Shown: positions 27,347-37,647, counted from the stretch's first letter. The stretch: DNA of 64,000 bases from Candidatus Fermentibacteraceae bacterium (GCA_016936235.1 JAFGPK010000020.1:8413-72412), one strand, 5' to 3'. The notes: generated by a model not told the origin, from the sequence alone. Numbers and translations are program-made.

Positions 27347-28684
27347 TCAGGGGCCGCCGGGACCGAGTGTTGCCGCCAGCCTGAAGCCAAGGTACGGGTA
27401 ACCCAGTCCCGTGTCGGGTACCATCGCCGCGTCGACTCTACAGTCATCCATGGATGACAGCCAGCTTCCTCCCATGGCCGGGGGAGCATCTCCGCTTTCC
27501 GCGGGAAGGCAGTACTCCCAGACATTTCCCGCCATGTCGTACAGACCCCATCCGTTGCTCGGGTAGCTCCCCACGGGAGCCGTCTGCGGGTATCCGTCGT
27601 CCAGCGACGGATGCCTCCTGAGGAGACCCTCATTGCAGTCGGAGAGGTTCAGCAGTCTTCCGTCGGGCCGTCCCTGTCCCCAGGGCCAGGGACCGCCTGA
27701 CCCGCCGAGAGCCGCGGCGGTCCATTCCTCCTGAGTGGGGAGCCTGAAAACGAGGTCCGATGTATCCTTCACAGAGAACCATCTGCAGTAATCCATCGCG
27801 GCCCTGAAGGTAACACCTGCCACAGGGTGGTCGCCCATGCCTTCCGAAATGGCCCACTGCCCCCGGGCGTCTATCTGGAAGGGAAGCGGATAATCTCCGG
27901 GGAACATGGATTCCATGATCTCCGTCCGTCCCCATCTGATGGTGCTGTCGCAGACGGGTACGGGTTCGAGCCAGCGCAGATAATCGCAGAACTCGCTGTT
28001 CGTCACCTCGAACCTGGATATGAGGAACGAATAGTCCAGACCGGAAAGACACCCCTCTCCGGCCGGTATCAGCACCATGTTCCCTCCTCGGTCGCGTGGA
28101 AGCAGATAGTGAAGCGTATCCGGGAAATTACCCAGAAGGGTCACGCTGTCGGTCATGGTGATCCGGTCACCCATCGCAAGCTGAAGAAGATGGGTGCCTG
28201 GCTCGAAAACGAGCAGCAGGTCGGGGGTCTGACCCGCCAGGGAACCGTCGAGAAGGATCGATGCTCCGGCGGGATCGCTGGACACGAAGAGCTGAAAAAT
28301 GTAGGGAAGCGTCAGTAGCACAGGCGAATCGGACATTGAAGGGGTCAGGACCGTATCGACCGGGATCCTGCCGGGATGGGAGACCGTGACCTCCAGCCCG
28401 TGGCTGGAGACCGGGACCCATGCAGGGGTGGTCCAGTAGAAACCTTCCCCGTCGAAGACCGTGGCACCGCCGGGGGAGGAAATGACGTATATGTATGCAA
28501 TGGGCCAGGAGGTCTCGCAGATGAGTGCCACAAGGAGGATGGTCGTGGCGGAGAGCAGTATCACGGCCCAGTGGTCCAGGATTCTCATCATGTCAGCGTG
28601 TGCTCCCCCACTGTCTCTCCCGTCGGCTGCCGGAAGGTCTTCAGGCTTCCGACCATTGCTTTCGCCCATCACAGATAATAGCAT
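27347..28684 (-). CDS. membrane-anchored PEGA-domain / formylglycine-generating-enzyme (SUMF1) family protein
   Basis: One TM (WAVILLSATTILLVALI). PEGA-like SSDPAGASILLDGSLAGQTP. C-terminal FGE-sulfatase domain with GWGLYDMAGNVWEYC. Start uncertain: GTG 28720, ATG 28684 or ATG 28591. Confidence 0.75.
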   Translation of the reverse strand: MLLSVMGESNGRKPEDLPAADGRDSGGAHADMMRILDHWAVILLSATTILLVALICETSWPIAYIYVISSPGGATVFDGEGFYWTTPAWVPVSSHGLEVTVSHPGRIPVDTVLTPSMSDSPVLLTLPYIFQLFVSSDPAGASILLDGSLAGQTPDLLLVFEPGTHLLQLAMGDRITMTDSVTLLGNFPDTLHYLLPRDRGGNMVLIPAGEGCLSGLDYSFLISRFEVTNSEFCDYLRWLEPVPVCDSTIRWGRTEIMESMFPGDYPLPFQIDARGQWAISEGMGDHPVAGVTFRAAMDYCRWFSVKDTSDLVFRLPTQEEWTAAALGGSGGPWPWGQGRPDGRLLNLSDCNEGLLRRHPSLDDGYPQTAPVGSYPSNGWGLYDMAGNVWEYCLPAESGDAPPAMGGSWLSSMDDCRVDAAMVPDTGLGYPYLGFRLAATLGPGGP

Positions 28685-28815
28685 GACGGTGATTCCCGGG
28701 CCAGTTTTTCCGCATTTCACCGGTGAGTAGTATAATATTCCTGAATTCGCCTGTCCCAGGGACCGGGAAAGCCCTGAGGATCAGGATTCCCGGTCCATTC
28801 TTCGGAAGGATTGCC

Positions 28816-30195
28816 ATGATACCTGTAGATCTTGCTGACTACACGGGGTCCTTCTCCGAGTACACGGAACTCCGTGTTCAGGAGAACAGGAGCCTGAACG
28901 TAAGCCTCGTGAACGGCGATGTGATGTCCAACAGCGTGTCCACCGTAAGCGGTGTGTCCGCAAGGACCTGCAGCAGCGGCTTCTGGGGGTTCGCATCCTC
29001 CCCCCTGATAGATGATGAGAGCATCAGGGGAGTGATTGCGGCATCGACCAGGAATTCCAGGTTCCTGTCCTCCAGGGAGAAAAGGGATGGAAGCCCTCTT
29101 CCGTCGAGGCCCGGCAGCTGTTCGATCGATTTTTCCACCGGTAAGCCCAGGCTCTCCCAGAAGGATATCATCCGTTTCATGAAGGACATAGACGCCATGA
29201 TACGCGACAGGTACGGGAGGATCGCCTCCAGGACCCTGTCACTGCAGCTCCTGGACATGGAGAAGTCCCTGGTCACATCGGACGGTTCCTCCGGATACAC
29301 AATGATCCCGAGGTCAATCCTGTACGTATCCATGAGCACCGAGCGGGACGGTGAACCGGTGCAGCTCATGGACGTCCATGGCGGAAGGGGCCAGTTCGAG
29401 GATGTATTCTCAGGCAGTGAGGAGCTGGGGAGCAAGCTGGAGGAACTCTACGGTCAGCTTATGAGGAAGGCCGAGGGCGTGCATCCCGAGACCGGGATCA
29501 AGGAGTGCATCCTTGACGCGGACCTCGCAGGAATACTATCCCACGAGGCGATCGGCCATACCACCGAAGCCGACATAGTACGCGGCGGTTCAGTCGCGGG
29601 GGACTACATTGACATGCAGGTGGCGAGCTCCCTGGTCACACTGGTGGATTTCGCCAGCGAGGCCCTTGGCGAGACCTGCCCGGTGCCGGTGTACATGGAC
29701 GACGAGGGAACTGTGGCGGAGGACGCCGTGATAATCGAGGACGGCATACTCAGGCGGTTCCTGCACAACAAGGAGTCAGCCGCGTTTTTCCGGGCAACGC
29801 CGACGGGAAACGCCAGAGCGTACAGGTTCAGCGACGAACCGATAATCAGGATGAGGAACACGGCGATTCTCCCGGGAAAGAGCAAGCTTGAGGACATGAT
29901 CGGTTCGGTGGACGACGGCTACTACCTCATGAAACCAAGCAACGGCCAGGCGGATTCCACCAGCGAGTTCATGTTCGGCGTGGTCCAGGGATACGAGATA
30001 AAGAAGGGACGCCTGGGCAGGGCCATCCGGGACACCACGATCTCCGGGGTCGCCTTCGACATGCTGAAGACGGTCACAGCGGTCTCCGACGATATGAAGT
30101 GGTCGTGCAGCGGCATGTGCGGGAAGAAACAGGCTATCCCCGTGGGAATGGGCGGCCCGGCTGTGAAGTGCATGATGAACATCGGGGGTAAGTGA
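28816..30195 (+). CDS. tldD: TldD-family metalloprotease
   Basis: HEAIGHTTEAD (HExxxH-type) motif and a Gly-rich C-terminus. ATG 28816 is preferred over the ORF opening at 28723. Confidence 0.86.
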   Translation: MIPVDLADYTGSFSEYTELRVQENRSLNVSLVNGDVMSNSVSTVSGVSARTCSSGFWGFASSPLIDDESIRGVIAASTRNSRFLSSREKRDGSPLPSRPGSCSIDFSTGKPRLSQKDIIRFMKDIDAMIRDRYGRIASRTLSLQLLDMEKSLVTSDGSSGYTMIPRSILYVSMSTERDGEPVQLMDVHGGRGQFEDVFSGSEELGSKLEELYGQLMRKAEGVHPETGIKECILDADLAGILSHEAIGHTTEADIVRGGSVAGDYIDMQVASSLVTLVDFASEALGETCPVPVYMDDEGTVAEDAVIIEDGILRRFLHNKESAAFFRATPTGNARAYRFSDEPIIRMRNTAILPGKSKLEDMIGSVDDGYYLMKPSNGQADSTSEFMFGVVQGYEIKKGRLGRAIRDTTISGVAFDMLKTVTAVSDDMKWSCSGMCGKKQAIPVGMGGPAVKCMMNIGGK

Positions 30196-31490
30196 TGAAG
30201 GATCGAGCGGATGTGGCGGCTTTCAGCCTCGAGGCCCTGAAAAAGGCCGGGCTGGAAAAATCCGAGTGCACCCTCAGGTACGCGAGAAGGGACGAGCTGA
30301 ACCTGGACAGCGGAGAGATCAGCCTGCTCAGGACCACGGACGATGTATCACTGGCGATGACCGGTATAGTGAACGACAGCGAGGGTTCGATATCCATCAA
30401 CAAGACCGACAGGGAATCCATCAGCGATGCGGCTGCAAGGACCCTGGAAATGGCCGTCTCGTCCGAGCCGGACGCGGCCAACGACATATCCCCGAATCAA
30501 CCCGTCAGGGAGTTCGAGAAGGGTCCGGAAGCGCCTGACCTTGACCTGATGTACGAGAGGATGAGAGGTTTCCTGGAGTTCACCCGCGAGAAATACCCCA
30601 GCCTCATACTGGAACAGGTCATTCTGGATTTCACCAGGGTGAGCAAGTACTACATGAACTCCAACGGTGTGGATCTGCGCTCCAGGCGCGGATGGTACTC
30701 GTTCACACCCATGTTCACATCCAAGGAAGGGCGGGAGACCTCATCCTTCAACTACGCAGGCGTCTCGATGTCCGATCTGGCGGAGGATCTCCGGAAGTGC
30801 GGCACCATAGATACCCTGATGAGTCAGTCCACGGAGCAGGTCAGGTCCATGGAGTTCAGCGGCAAGTTCATGGGCGACATCATCATAACGCCTGACTGCC
30901 TCGACGATTTCATCCAGCTCACCTGCATGTATCTGAGCGATTACCCCATGATCAAGGGCACCTCCATCTTCAGGGACTCGCTGGATTCCAGGATAGCCGA
31001 CCCGTGTCTGACCATCCGGTGCATGCCGCTCTCGGAAAAGATGGCCTCCACCTACTTCCTGACCGATGACGGCTTCGCGGCGGAGAACAGTACGATAATA
31101 GAGAAAGGGATTCTGAAGAGCTTCCTCCTCAGCCTCTACGGTTCGAACAAGACCGGGAAGGCCAGGGCTCTCAACAGCGGCGGGGCTTTCGTCGTGGAAC
31201 CTGGGGAGCAGAGCCTGGAAGACATCGTCTCGTCAGTGAAGAGGGGCGTCATGCTCTGCCGCTTCTCCGGGGGAATGCCCAGCGAGGGCGGGGATTTCTC
31301 CGGTGTGGCCAAGAACAGCTATTACATTGAAGATGGTCGTATCAGGTACCCCGTGAAGGAGATAATGATTTCGGGCAACATCAGGAGCCTCCTGATGAAC
31401 ATCCGCGGCGTATCCAGGGAGAGCGTGAACTTCGGCTACTCAATACTGCCCTGGGTAAGGGCCGGCGAGGTGGCCGTATTCGGGAAGTGA
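30192..31490 (+). CDS. pmbA: PmbA/TldE-family protein
   Basis: 432 aa, TldD/PmbA fold signature GVAKNSYYIEDGRIRYPVKEIMISGNI. 4-nt overlap with tldD. Confidence 0.82.
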   Translation: MMKDRADVAAFSLEALKKAGLEKSECTLRYARRDELNLDSGEISLLRTTDDVSLAMTGIVNDSEGSISINKTDRESISDAAARTLEMAVSSEPDAANDISPNQPVREFEKGPEAPDLDLMYERMRGFLEFTREKYPSLILEQVILDFTRVSKYYMNSNGVDLRSRRGWYSFTPMFTSKEGRETSSFNYAGVSMSDLAEDLRKCGTIDTLMSQSTEQVRSMEFSGKFMGDIIITPDCLDDFIQLTCMYLSDYPMIKGTSIFRDSLDSRIADPCLTIRCMPLSEKMASTYFLTDDGFAAENSTIIEKGILKSFLLSLYGSNKTGKARALNSGGAFVVEPGEQSLEDIVSSVKRGVMLCRFSGGMPSEGGDFSGVAKNSYYIEDGRIRYPVKEIMISGNIRSLLMNIRGVSRESVNFGYSILPWVRAGEVAVFGK

Positions 31491-31494
31491 AGTG

Positions 31495-33744
31495 ATGCTG
31501 ATGAGAACACTGTCGAAGGCTCTGCTGCTCCTGTCGCTTGCCGGCGCCGTGTCGGCCCAGCTCCCCGGCCAGCCCTTCTCCTCCTACTGGTTCCCCGACG
31601 AACTCCTGGCCTGGACACCGGAAGGCGATCCCGACTCGCCCTACAATCGGGGATCCGTTGAACTGTCCGACAGGACACTGGGAGATACCCGGGCCAACAT
31701 ACACGCGAGGCCCGGAGAAGCCGGGATAGCGGCCCTGTCGATCATGTACCCTTCAACAAGCGGCAACCCGTCCCAGGGAGCCAGGGTCATGGATGTCTAC
31801 GCCTTCAACTACTGGCAGTACACCGACATTCTGGTGATGTGGGGGGGCTCCGCCGGTGAAGGTCTCATCCTCTCACCCAGCCCTGACGTGATAGATGCCG
31901 GACACCGGAACGGAGTCCCTGTATACGGGACCGTGTTCTTTCCCCCGGTTGCATACGGAGGGCAGATACAGTGGGTGGAGGATTTCGTGCAGAACAGCGG
32001 CGGAGTGTTCCCCGTGGCGGACAAGCTCATCGAGGTCGCCGAGCATTACGGTTTCGACGGATGGTTCATCAACCAGGAGACCGCCGGGGGGAACTCGGAA
32101 CTGGCCCTGGACATGCGGGACATGATGGAGTACGTGCAGACGCACTCGGACGTGAGGATCATGTGGTACGACGCCATGGTGGAAAGCGGGGCTGTTTCGT
32201 GGCAGAACGCGCTCAATTCCAGCAATGACATGTTCTTCCATGACGGAGGGGTCATTTCCGATGAGATGTTCCTGAACTTCTGGTGGTCCTCCGCCGGTCT
32301 GGCGTCCTCCGCCGCATACGCCACTGGACTGGGCAGGAGCCCCTACGAGCTGTATGCGGGAGTGGACGTCCAGGCCGGCGGATACAACACCGGCGTCAAC
32401 TGGGAAGGCGTGTTCCCAGAGGGCGATCCCCATGTGACCTCTCTGGGGTTCTACTGCCCCAACTGGTGCTACTCCAGCTCCACAGGCTATCAGGACTTCT
32501 ATGAGAGGGCGAACAGGTTCTGGGTCGGGGCCAACCGCGACCCTTCCAACACCGAGACATCGCATCCCTGGAAGGGCGTTGCCAACTACGTGCCGGCCAT
32601 GACACCGGTGACATCGGTGCCCTTCGTCACCAGCTTCAATACGGGCCAGGGTCGCGTCTTCTCAGTGAAAGGCCTGCAGATGGGAGATTTCGACTGGAAC
32701 AACAGGAGCCTGCAGGATGTCCTTCCCACCTGGCGCTGGATCGCGGATTGCGATGGAGAACCCCTCTATCCCGAGCTGGATTGGGACGAGGCGTACTGGG
32801 GAGGCACCTGTCTGAAGGTTTCGGGAGACCTCTACCCGGGCACACCCACGATCCTGTACCTGTACAAGACCGACCTGACCGTAGCCACGGGGGACAATCT
32901 CATCCTGGCCTACTCCACCGGAAGCTCCGGGACTCCGTCGAACCTGCAGGTGGGTCTGGCCTTCGAGGATCCGGAGGTTTTCCAGTTCTTTGACATGGGC
33001 ACCAGCTCCACCGAAGGATGGAACGAGGTCTCGGTGGACCTGTCCGCTTGCTCCGGCAGACGGCTTTCGGTCATTGCCCTCCGATTCGGTGCTTCGACGG
33101 CGGTTCCCGGCTATCAGATCAGGATAGGCCAGCTGGGCATCATAAGCGGTGTCCGGGACGTTCCCTCCCCTCCCACGGGCCTGTACGTGGAGGAATTCAA
33201 CCAGATCGACGACGACCACGGGACCGTTAGACTCAGATGGGACCACTCCGCGAACGCTGCCTATACGTACAATGTGTACAGGGTGAATGCCGACGAGACC
33301 AGGACCTGGCTGTGGTCCACTCCCGGTGAAGCATGCTTCGTCCCGGAGGTGACCAGGGAAGCCCCCGAGACAAGCACCACCCTGGAAGTGGTTACAGTCG
33401 GAGAGGAGTTCGGAGTATCCTCCGCCGCCACCGCCACCATCGACTGGACCATCACGGGTATCCGGGCGGGTGGGACGGGCTCCGTCTTCGGGCTTTCAGG
33501 AGACTATCCCAATCCCGTCACCTCGAATGTCGAGATCAGGTTCTCCCTGTGCGCAGCGGGACCGGTGGAACTGTTGCTTTACGCAATGGACGGAAGGCTG
33601 GTCGGAAGGCTTGCGGAAGGAGTGATGCAGGCGGGTGAGCATACGGCGACTCTGCAGACACGGGATCTGTCCTCAGGGATCTACTTCATCCGTCTTGCCT
33701 CCGGGAACCGTTTCGATACCGGCAGATGCCTGGTCATCAGGTAG
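31495..33744 (+). CDS. secreted GH85 endo-beta-N-acetylglucosaminidase with Por/T9SS-type C-terminal domain
   Basis: YWQYTDILVMWGGSAGEGLILSPSPDVIDAGHRNGVPVYGTVFFP and FDGWFINQET (GH85 catalytic Asn/Glu context). Signal peptide ALLLLSLAGAVSAQ. C-terminal YPNPVTSNVEIRFSL...GIYFIRL sorting domain. Confidence 0.8.
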   Translation: MLMRTLSKALLLLSLAGAVSAQLPGQPFSSYWFPDELLAWTPEGDPDSPYNRGSVELSDRTLGDTRANIHARPGEAGIAALSIMYPSTSGNPSQGARVMDVYAFNYWQYTDILVMWGGSAGEGLILSPSPDVIDAGHRNGVPVYGTVFFPPVAYGGQIQWVEDFVQNSGGVFPVADKLIEVAEHYGFDGWFINQETAGGNSELALDMRDMMEYVQTHSDVRIMWYDAMVESGAVSWQNALNSSNDMFFHDGGVISDEMFLNFWWSSAGLASSAAYATGLGRSPYELYAGVDVQAGGYNTGVNWEGVFPEGDPHVTSLGFYCPNWCYSSSTGYQDFYERANRFWVGANRDPSNTETSHPWKGVANYVPAMTPVTSVPFVTSFNTGQGRVFSVKGLQMGDFDWNNRSLQDVLPTWRWIADCDGEPLYPELDWDEAYWGGTCLKVSGDLYPGTPTILYLYKTDLTVATGDNLILAYSTGSSGTPSNLQVGLAFEDPEVFQFFDMGTSSTEGWNEVSVDLSACSGRRLSVIALRFGASTAVPGYQIRIGQLGIISGVRDVPSPPTGLYVEEFNQIDDDHGTVRLRWDHSANAAYTYNVYRVNADETRTWLWSTPGEACFVPEVTREAPETSTTLEVVTVGEEFGVSSAATATIDWTITGIRAGGTGSVFGLSGDYPNPVTSNVEIRFSLCAAGPVELLLYAMDGRLVGRLAEGVMQAGEHTATLQTRDLSSGIYFIRLASGNRFDTGRCLVIR

Positions 33745-34530
33745 GTAGATCCTCTTCAGCAGGATGAGTATCGCGCCGACTGTTCCAACGGTCATAAGGA
33801 CCGATTCCTCGGGACCGAAGCAACCCCACGGAGGACGTGAGACCGGGCTGAAGACAGCGGGCATGAGGGTGTGACCGCTGACATTCCATCCGAACACCAT
33901 GCCGGTCATCAGATTCCAGAGCCAGTGAAGGGCGACGGGATACAGGAGTCCGTCGGTCACTATCCTCACGAATCCGAAGAATGCTCCCGCAAGGAAGATG
34001 TTTGCGATACCGGCGGTTGATGCGTTGTCATTCCCCAGATGAAGCATGGCGAACACGGAGGATGACAGAAGGAGACCCGTGAGCCTGCTGTTCCCGAAGC
34101 TGAGGGCGTCCATGAGGAATCCCCTGCACACCACCTCCTCCGAGGCTGCCAGCAGCAGCAGGGCAACAGCGTAAACCGCCCACTGGACCGAAACGCCCCT
34201 GTACTCCATGCCGGTTCTCAGTGCGATGACGATGAATGGCACGAACAGGGCCAGTGACGACGCCGCGGCTACCCGGACCTGCCTTCCGCCCAGAACGCCC
34301 GAGACCCCCGGGACCAGCTGCCACAGCAATACAAGCGGGACCAGCGCTCCTGCGCCTGCGACGGCGTACCTTGGTATGAGATCGCCGATGCACCCCAGCA
34401 GACCCGCCAGGAATCCCTGAAAGACCACCCAGACAAGGAAGCCGGCCAGGGCAATGAGCATCCTGCTCAAAGGTCTTCCACCCCTGTCCGATCTGAACTC
34501 GAGGATGTACTTCTGACTGGCGGCATTCAT
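33673..34530 (-). CDS. CPBP-family intramembrane glutamic endopeptidase
   Basis: EEVVCRGF (EExxxR), FAMLH (FxxxH) and HWLWN (HxxxN) motifs in a polytopic membrane protein. ATGA overlap with the upstream GT4 gene. Confidence 0.8.
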   Translation of the reverse strand: MNAASQKYILEFRSDRGGRPLSRMLIALAGFLVWVVFQGFLAGLLGCIGDLIPRYAVAGAGALVPLVLLWQLVPGVSGVLGGRQVRVAAASSLALFVPFIVIALRTGMEYRGVSVQWAVYAVALLLLAASEEVVCRGFLMDALSFGNSRLTGLLLSSSVFAMLHLGNDNASTAGIANIFLAGAFFGFVRIVTDGLLYPVALHWLWNLMTGMVFGWNVSGHTLMPAVFSPVSRPPWGCFGPEESVLMTVGTVGAILILLKRIYLPDDQASAGIETVPGGKTDEVDP

Positions 34531-35672
34531 GAAAGCGCCGCCCTGTATACTTCCATGGTTTCCGCCGCGGTCCTCTCCCAGGAGAATTCACCCGACCGCG
34601 AGAGACCCCTTGAGGAATAGAACAGCCTCCGATCCGGCTGACGCGCCATGATCGCCATCGCTTCAGAGATATCGCGCACGCTTTCCGGGTCAACGAGCAT
34701 CGCCCCGTCCCCCGCTGTCTCCGGAATACAGGAAAGGTTCGAAGTGATGACGGGACATCCGGTACTCATGGCCTCCAGCAGGGGCAGGCCGAACCCCTCG
34801 TCCAGCGACGGGAAGACGAAGGCGGTTGCGGAGGCGTAGAGCATCCGCAGCTCGTGGAGAGGGATGTCTCTGAGAAGGACAAGTTCTCCACCGGCGATCA
34901 TATCCCCTTGCCCGAGGGCGAGAGCGTCAAGGTCAGACGGTCTTCCTGAGATCACGAGGACCAGTCTGAGGCTGGACCTGATTCCCTCCGGAAGCTCCCT
35001 GTACGCCGCTATCAGCCGCGTTATGTTCTTCCTTGGATCGAACCTGCCGACATGCAGGAAGTAACCTTCCGCTTCAAGCCTGTGCCGCCGGAGCAGGACC
35101 GGATCAGGCGGACACGGGCTGAACAGGTCCGAGGCAGCTTCGGGAACAGCCACCACAGGGGATCCGGACTCCGGGTACATATCCAGGAGCTGATCCCTGA
35201 TGTAGGAGGAAGGAGTGATCACGGCAATGGATCTCTTCAGTATCACAGGGGTCCTGCGGCGGTAGTCCTCCTCCAGCGCGGTCCCGGCGTACTCTTCCCT
35301 GGTCAGCGGGAAGAGGTCGTGAACGGTGGAGACGAATCTGCGGGGAAGTGCCGCTGTCCCGTAGGGATCCGTGAGATGGACAAGGTCCAGGTCCCGGGAA
35401 GCCCTGCGCCACATGACGGTCCCCAGAAGCCGTGCAGCCGGATAGAGGCGCCTGCCGAACATTCGGACATGGGGCAATGCCCCGTACACTTCAACGTTCT
35501 TTATCCCGTGGAACACGGCTCGAAGGCTGTCTTTCTTGGAGGCGCTGAACGTGGTGAGAAGCAGGAATGAATCTTCGGGGAACCCCAGGGCCAGTCCCCT
35601 TACCAGCTCCCTGGCATAGGTCTTGATTCCACCGTGGCCGAGGATGTTAGTAGCGTCGAAGCCGATCCGCAT
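34527..35672 (-). CDS. GT4-family glycosyltransferase
   Basis: FPSLDEGFGLPLLEAMSTGCPVITS (E-x7-E region). ATG 35672 (MRIGFDATNI) is preferred; the ORF opens with GTG at 35693. Confidence 0.83.
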   Translation of the reverse strand: MRIGFDATNILGHGGIKTYARELVRGLALGFPEDSFLLLTTFSASKKDSLRAVFHGIKNVEVYGALPHVRMFGRRLYPAARLLGTVMWRRASRDLDLVHLTDPYGTAALPRRFVSTVHDLFPLTREEYAGTALEEDYRRRTPVILKRSIAVITPSSYIRDQLLDMYPESGSPVVAVPEAASDLFSPCPPDPVLLRRHRLEAEGYFLHVGRFDPRKNITRLIAAYRELPEGIRSSLRLVLVISGRPSDLDALALGQGDMIAGGELVLLRDIPLHELRMLYASATAFVFPSLDEGFGLPLLEAMSTGCPVITSNLSCIPETAGDGAMLVDPESVRDISEAMAIMARQPDRRLFYSSRGLSRSGEFSWERTAAETMEVYRAALS

Positions 35673-35689
35673 TTTCCGTTCCCTGCGGG

Positions 35690-36451
35690 TCACTCCCCAT
35701 CAGGCACGCTGCGGACGATGGCCCAGAAGCTGTCCGACCTGAGGCTTGCGCCCCCTACCAGGGCACCGTTCACCGATGGACGGGACAGGATGTCCCCGGC
35801 GTTATCGGGCTTCACGCTTCCGCCGTACTGGATCCTCAGCCCGGAAGCGAACGCGACTCCCCTGATCCCCTCCACCCATTCCCTTATGAGTGAGTGCATC
35901 CTCTGGGCTTCCCCGGGGGTTGCCGTGAGCCCCGTACCGATGGCCCAGACGGGTTCGTAGGCTATGACCAGGTTCTCCGCGGATGCGGTTTCGAGACCTT
36001 CGAGGGCGGATCTGATCTGACCCTTTACAACCTCCTCCGTCCGTCCGGCCTCCCTTTCCTCCAGCAGCTCTCCAACACAGAGTATTCCCTTGAGACCTCT
36101 CTGGAGACCTTTGGACAGTTTCTTCCTTACGGTTCCATCGGACTCGCCTATTACGTGCCTCCGCTCGCTGTGGCCGGCCAGGAACCAGGTCGCTCCGGCC
36201 TCCCTCAGCATTCCGGGACTCACTTCCCCCGTGAAGGCCCCCTCGTCCTCCCAGAACAGGTCCTGCCCCCCCAGTTCGATACCGGCGGCTGCGGCGGTCT
36301 CTCCGATAAGCGGAAGGAGAGTGAACGGAGCGAAGAGGACCAGATCGGAACGCACCGATCGAGAACCCAGTGCAAGCAGCTCTTCAAGGAAATCGCTGGC
36401 TTTCGGGACGGTACCGTACATCTTCCAGTTGGCTCCGATGATGAAATTCAC
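35690..36451 (-). CDS. tpiA: triosephosphate isomerase
   Basis: GANWKM, GHSERR, YEPVWAIGTG and IQYGGSV. GTG start forms a GTGA overlap with the pgk stop. The longer ORF to 36703 is an artefactual extension over pgk. Confidence 0.9.
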   Translation of the reverse strand: MNFIIGANWKMYGTVPKASDFLEELLALGSRSVRSDLVLFAPFTLLPLIGETAAAAGIELGGQDLFWEDEGAFTGEVSPGMLREAGATWFLAGHSERRHVIGESDGTVRKKLSKGLQRGLKGILCVGELLEEREAGRTEEVVKGQIRSALEGLETASAENLVIAYEPVWAIGTGLTATPGEAQRMHSLIREWVEGIRGVAFASGLRIQYGGSVKPDNAGDILSRPSVNGALVGGASLRSDSFWAIVRSVPDGE

Positions 36452-37647
36452 GTCCTGGCTCCCTTCAGGGCCGCCAGCGCGGGGAGCTCCTCGCCCTGAA
36501 GGAGTTTCAGGGAGGCCCCGCCTCCGGTGGAGACGAAGCTGATCCTTTTCTCCAGTCCGGCCTCGGTAACGGCCCTGACGGAATCTCCCCCTCCTACGAC
36601 TGTGAACGTGCCGTGTTCGGTGGCTTCCGCCATAACGGAAGCAAGGCCTCTTGTTCCCGAGTCGAAGGGGGGTATCTCGAATACTCCCATGGGTCCGTTC
36701 CATACCACCGTTGAGCTTCCGGAGATGACCTCGCCGAACGCTGCCACAGTACCGGGGCCGATGTCCAGACCCGTTTCCTGATGGGGCATGGAGTCAGCGG
36801 GAACGGTACTGGCCTGATCGCACCTGTCCGTCGATGGCGCAACGACGATGTCCGCAGGGAGCAGTACTTCGACGCCCATCTCCCCCGCGTCGTCCATTAT
36901 CTTCCGTGCGGCGCCCAGTCTGTCCAGCTCCAGGAGACTGGTGCCCACTTCCAGACCCATCTCCTTCATGAATGTGAAGGCCATCCCTCCGCCTATGAGA
37001 AGATGATCGAGGCGGGGCAGGAGGTTATCGATAACGGGGATCTTGTCCGATACCTTTGCGCCTCCGAGAACGAGGGTGAAGGGTCTCGCCGGATTGGAAA
37101 GCATCTCATCGAATATCTCCAGCTCCCTCTGCACAAGAAGACCGGCGTAACCTCCCCCGAGCATGCCGGGCACTCCGACCATGGAGGCGTGGGCTCTGTG
37201 GCTGGTCCCGAAGGCGTCGTTGACGTAGATGTCGGCGTTTCCAGCAAGCTGTCTTGCGAATCCCTCGTCACCCTCCTTCTCTTCGGGGTGGAACCTGAGG
37301 TTCTCCAGGATGAGTACGTCACCGGGTTTCATGGAGGCCCTGAGGGTGTTCACCCTGGCTCCGATGCAATCCGGCGCGAAGGTTACCTTCATCTCGAGGA
37401 GTTCCTCCAGCCTGTCCGCCACAGGCGCCAGGGAGAGTTCGGGATTCCTTGTTCCTCCCGGCCTGCCCAGGTGGCTTGCCACCACCACCGAGGCTCCGCG
37501 GTCCAGCAGCAGCCTTATGGTGGGAACGACCCCCCTGATCCTGGTATCGTCGGCCACCCTGCCGTTCTTGAGGGGCACGTTCAGGTCGGCCCTGAGGAAC
37601 ACCCTCCTGCCGGCGAGCTCGGCGTCCCTCAGTGACGGGTACCTCAC
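36448..37647 (-). CDS. pgk: phosphoglycerate kinase
   Basis: 399 aa. NGPMGVFE and VVGGGDSV motifs, full-length Pgk pattern. Confidence 0.95.
   Translation of the reverse strand: MRYPSLRDAELAGRRVFLRADLNVPLKNGRVADDTRIRGVVPTIRLLLDRGASVVVASHLGRPGGTRNPELSLAPVADRLEELLEMKVTFAPDCIGARVNTLRASMKPGDVLILENLRFHPEEKEGDEGFARQLAGNADIYVNDAFGTSHRAHASMVGVPGMLGGGYAGLLVQRELEIFDEMLSNPARPFTLVLGGAKVSDKIPVIDNLLPRLDHLLIGGGMAFTFMKEMGLEVGTSLLELDRLGAARKIMDDAGEMGVEVLLPADIVVAPSTDRCDQASTVPADSMPHQETGLDIGPGTVAAFGEVISGSSTVVWNGPMGVFEIPPFDSGTRGLASVMAEATEHGTFTVVGGGDSVRAVTEAGLEKRISFVSTGGGASLKLLQGEELPALAALKGART

Noticed and set aside
36452-36703. 84-codon extension of the tpiA ORF into pgk
   Set aside because: The extension is Arg/Gly-rich nonsense overlapping the pgk C-terminus. 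A GTG start forming a GTGA overlap with the pgk stop gives the canonical NFIIGANWKM N-terminus.
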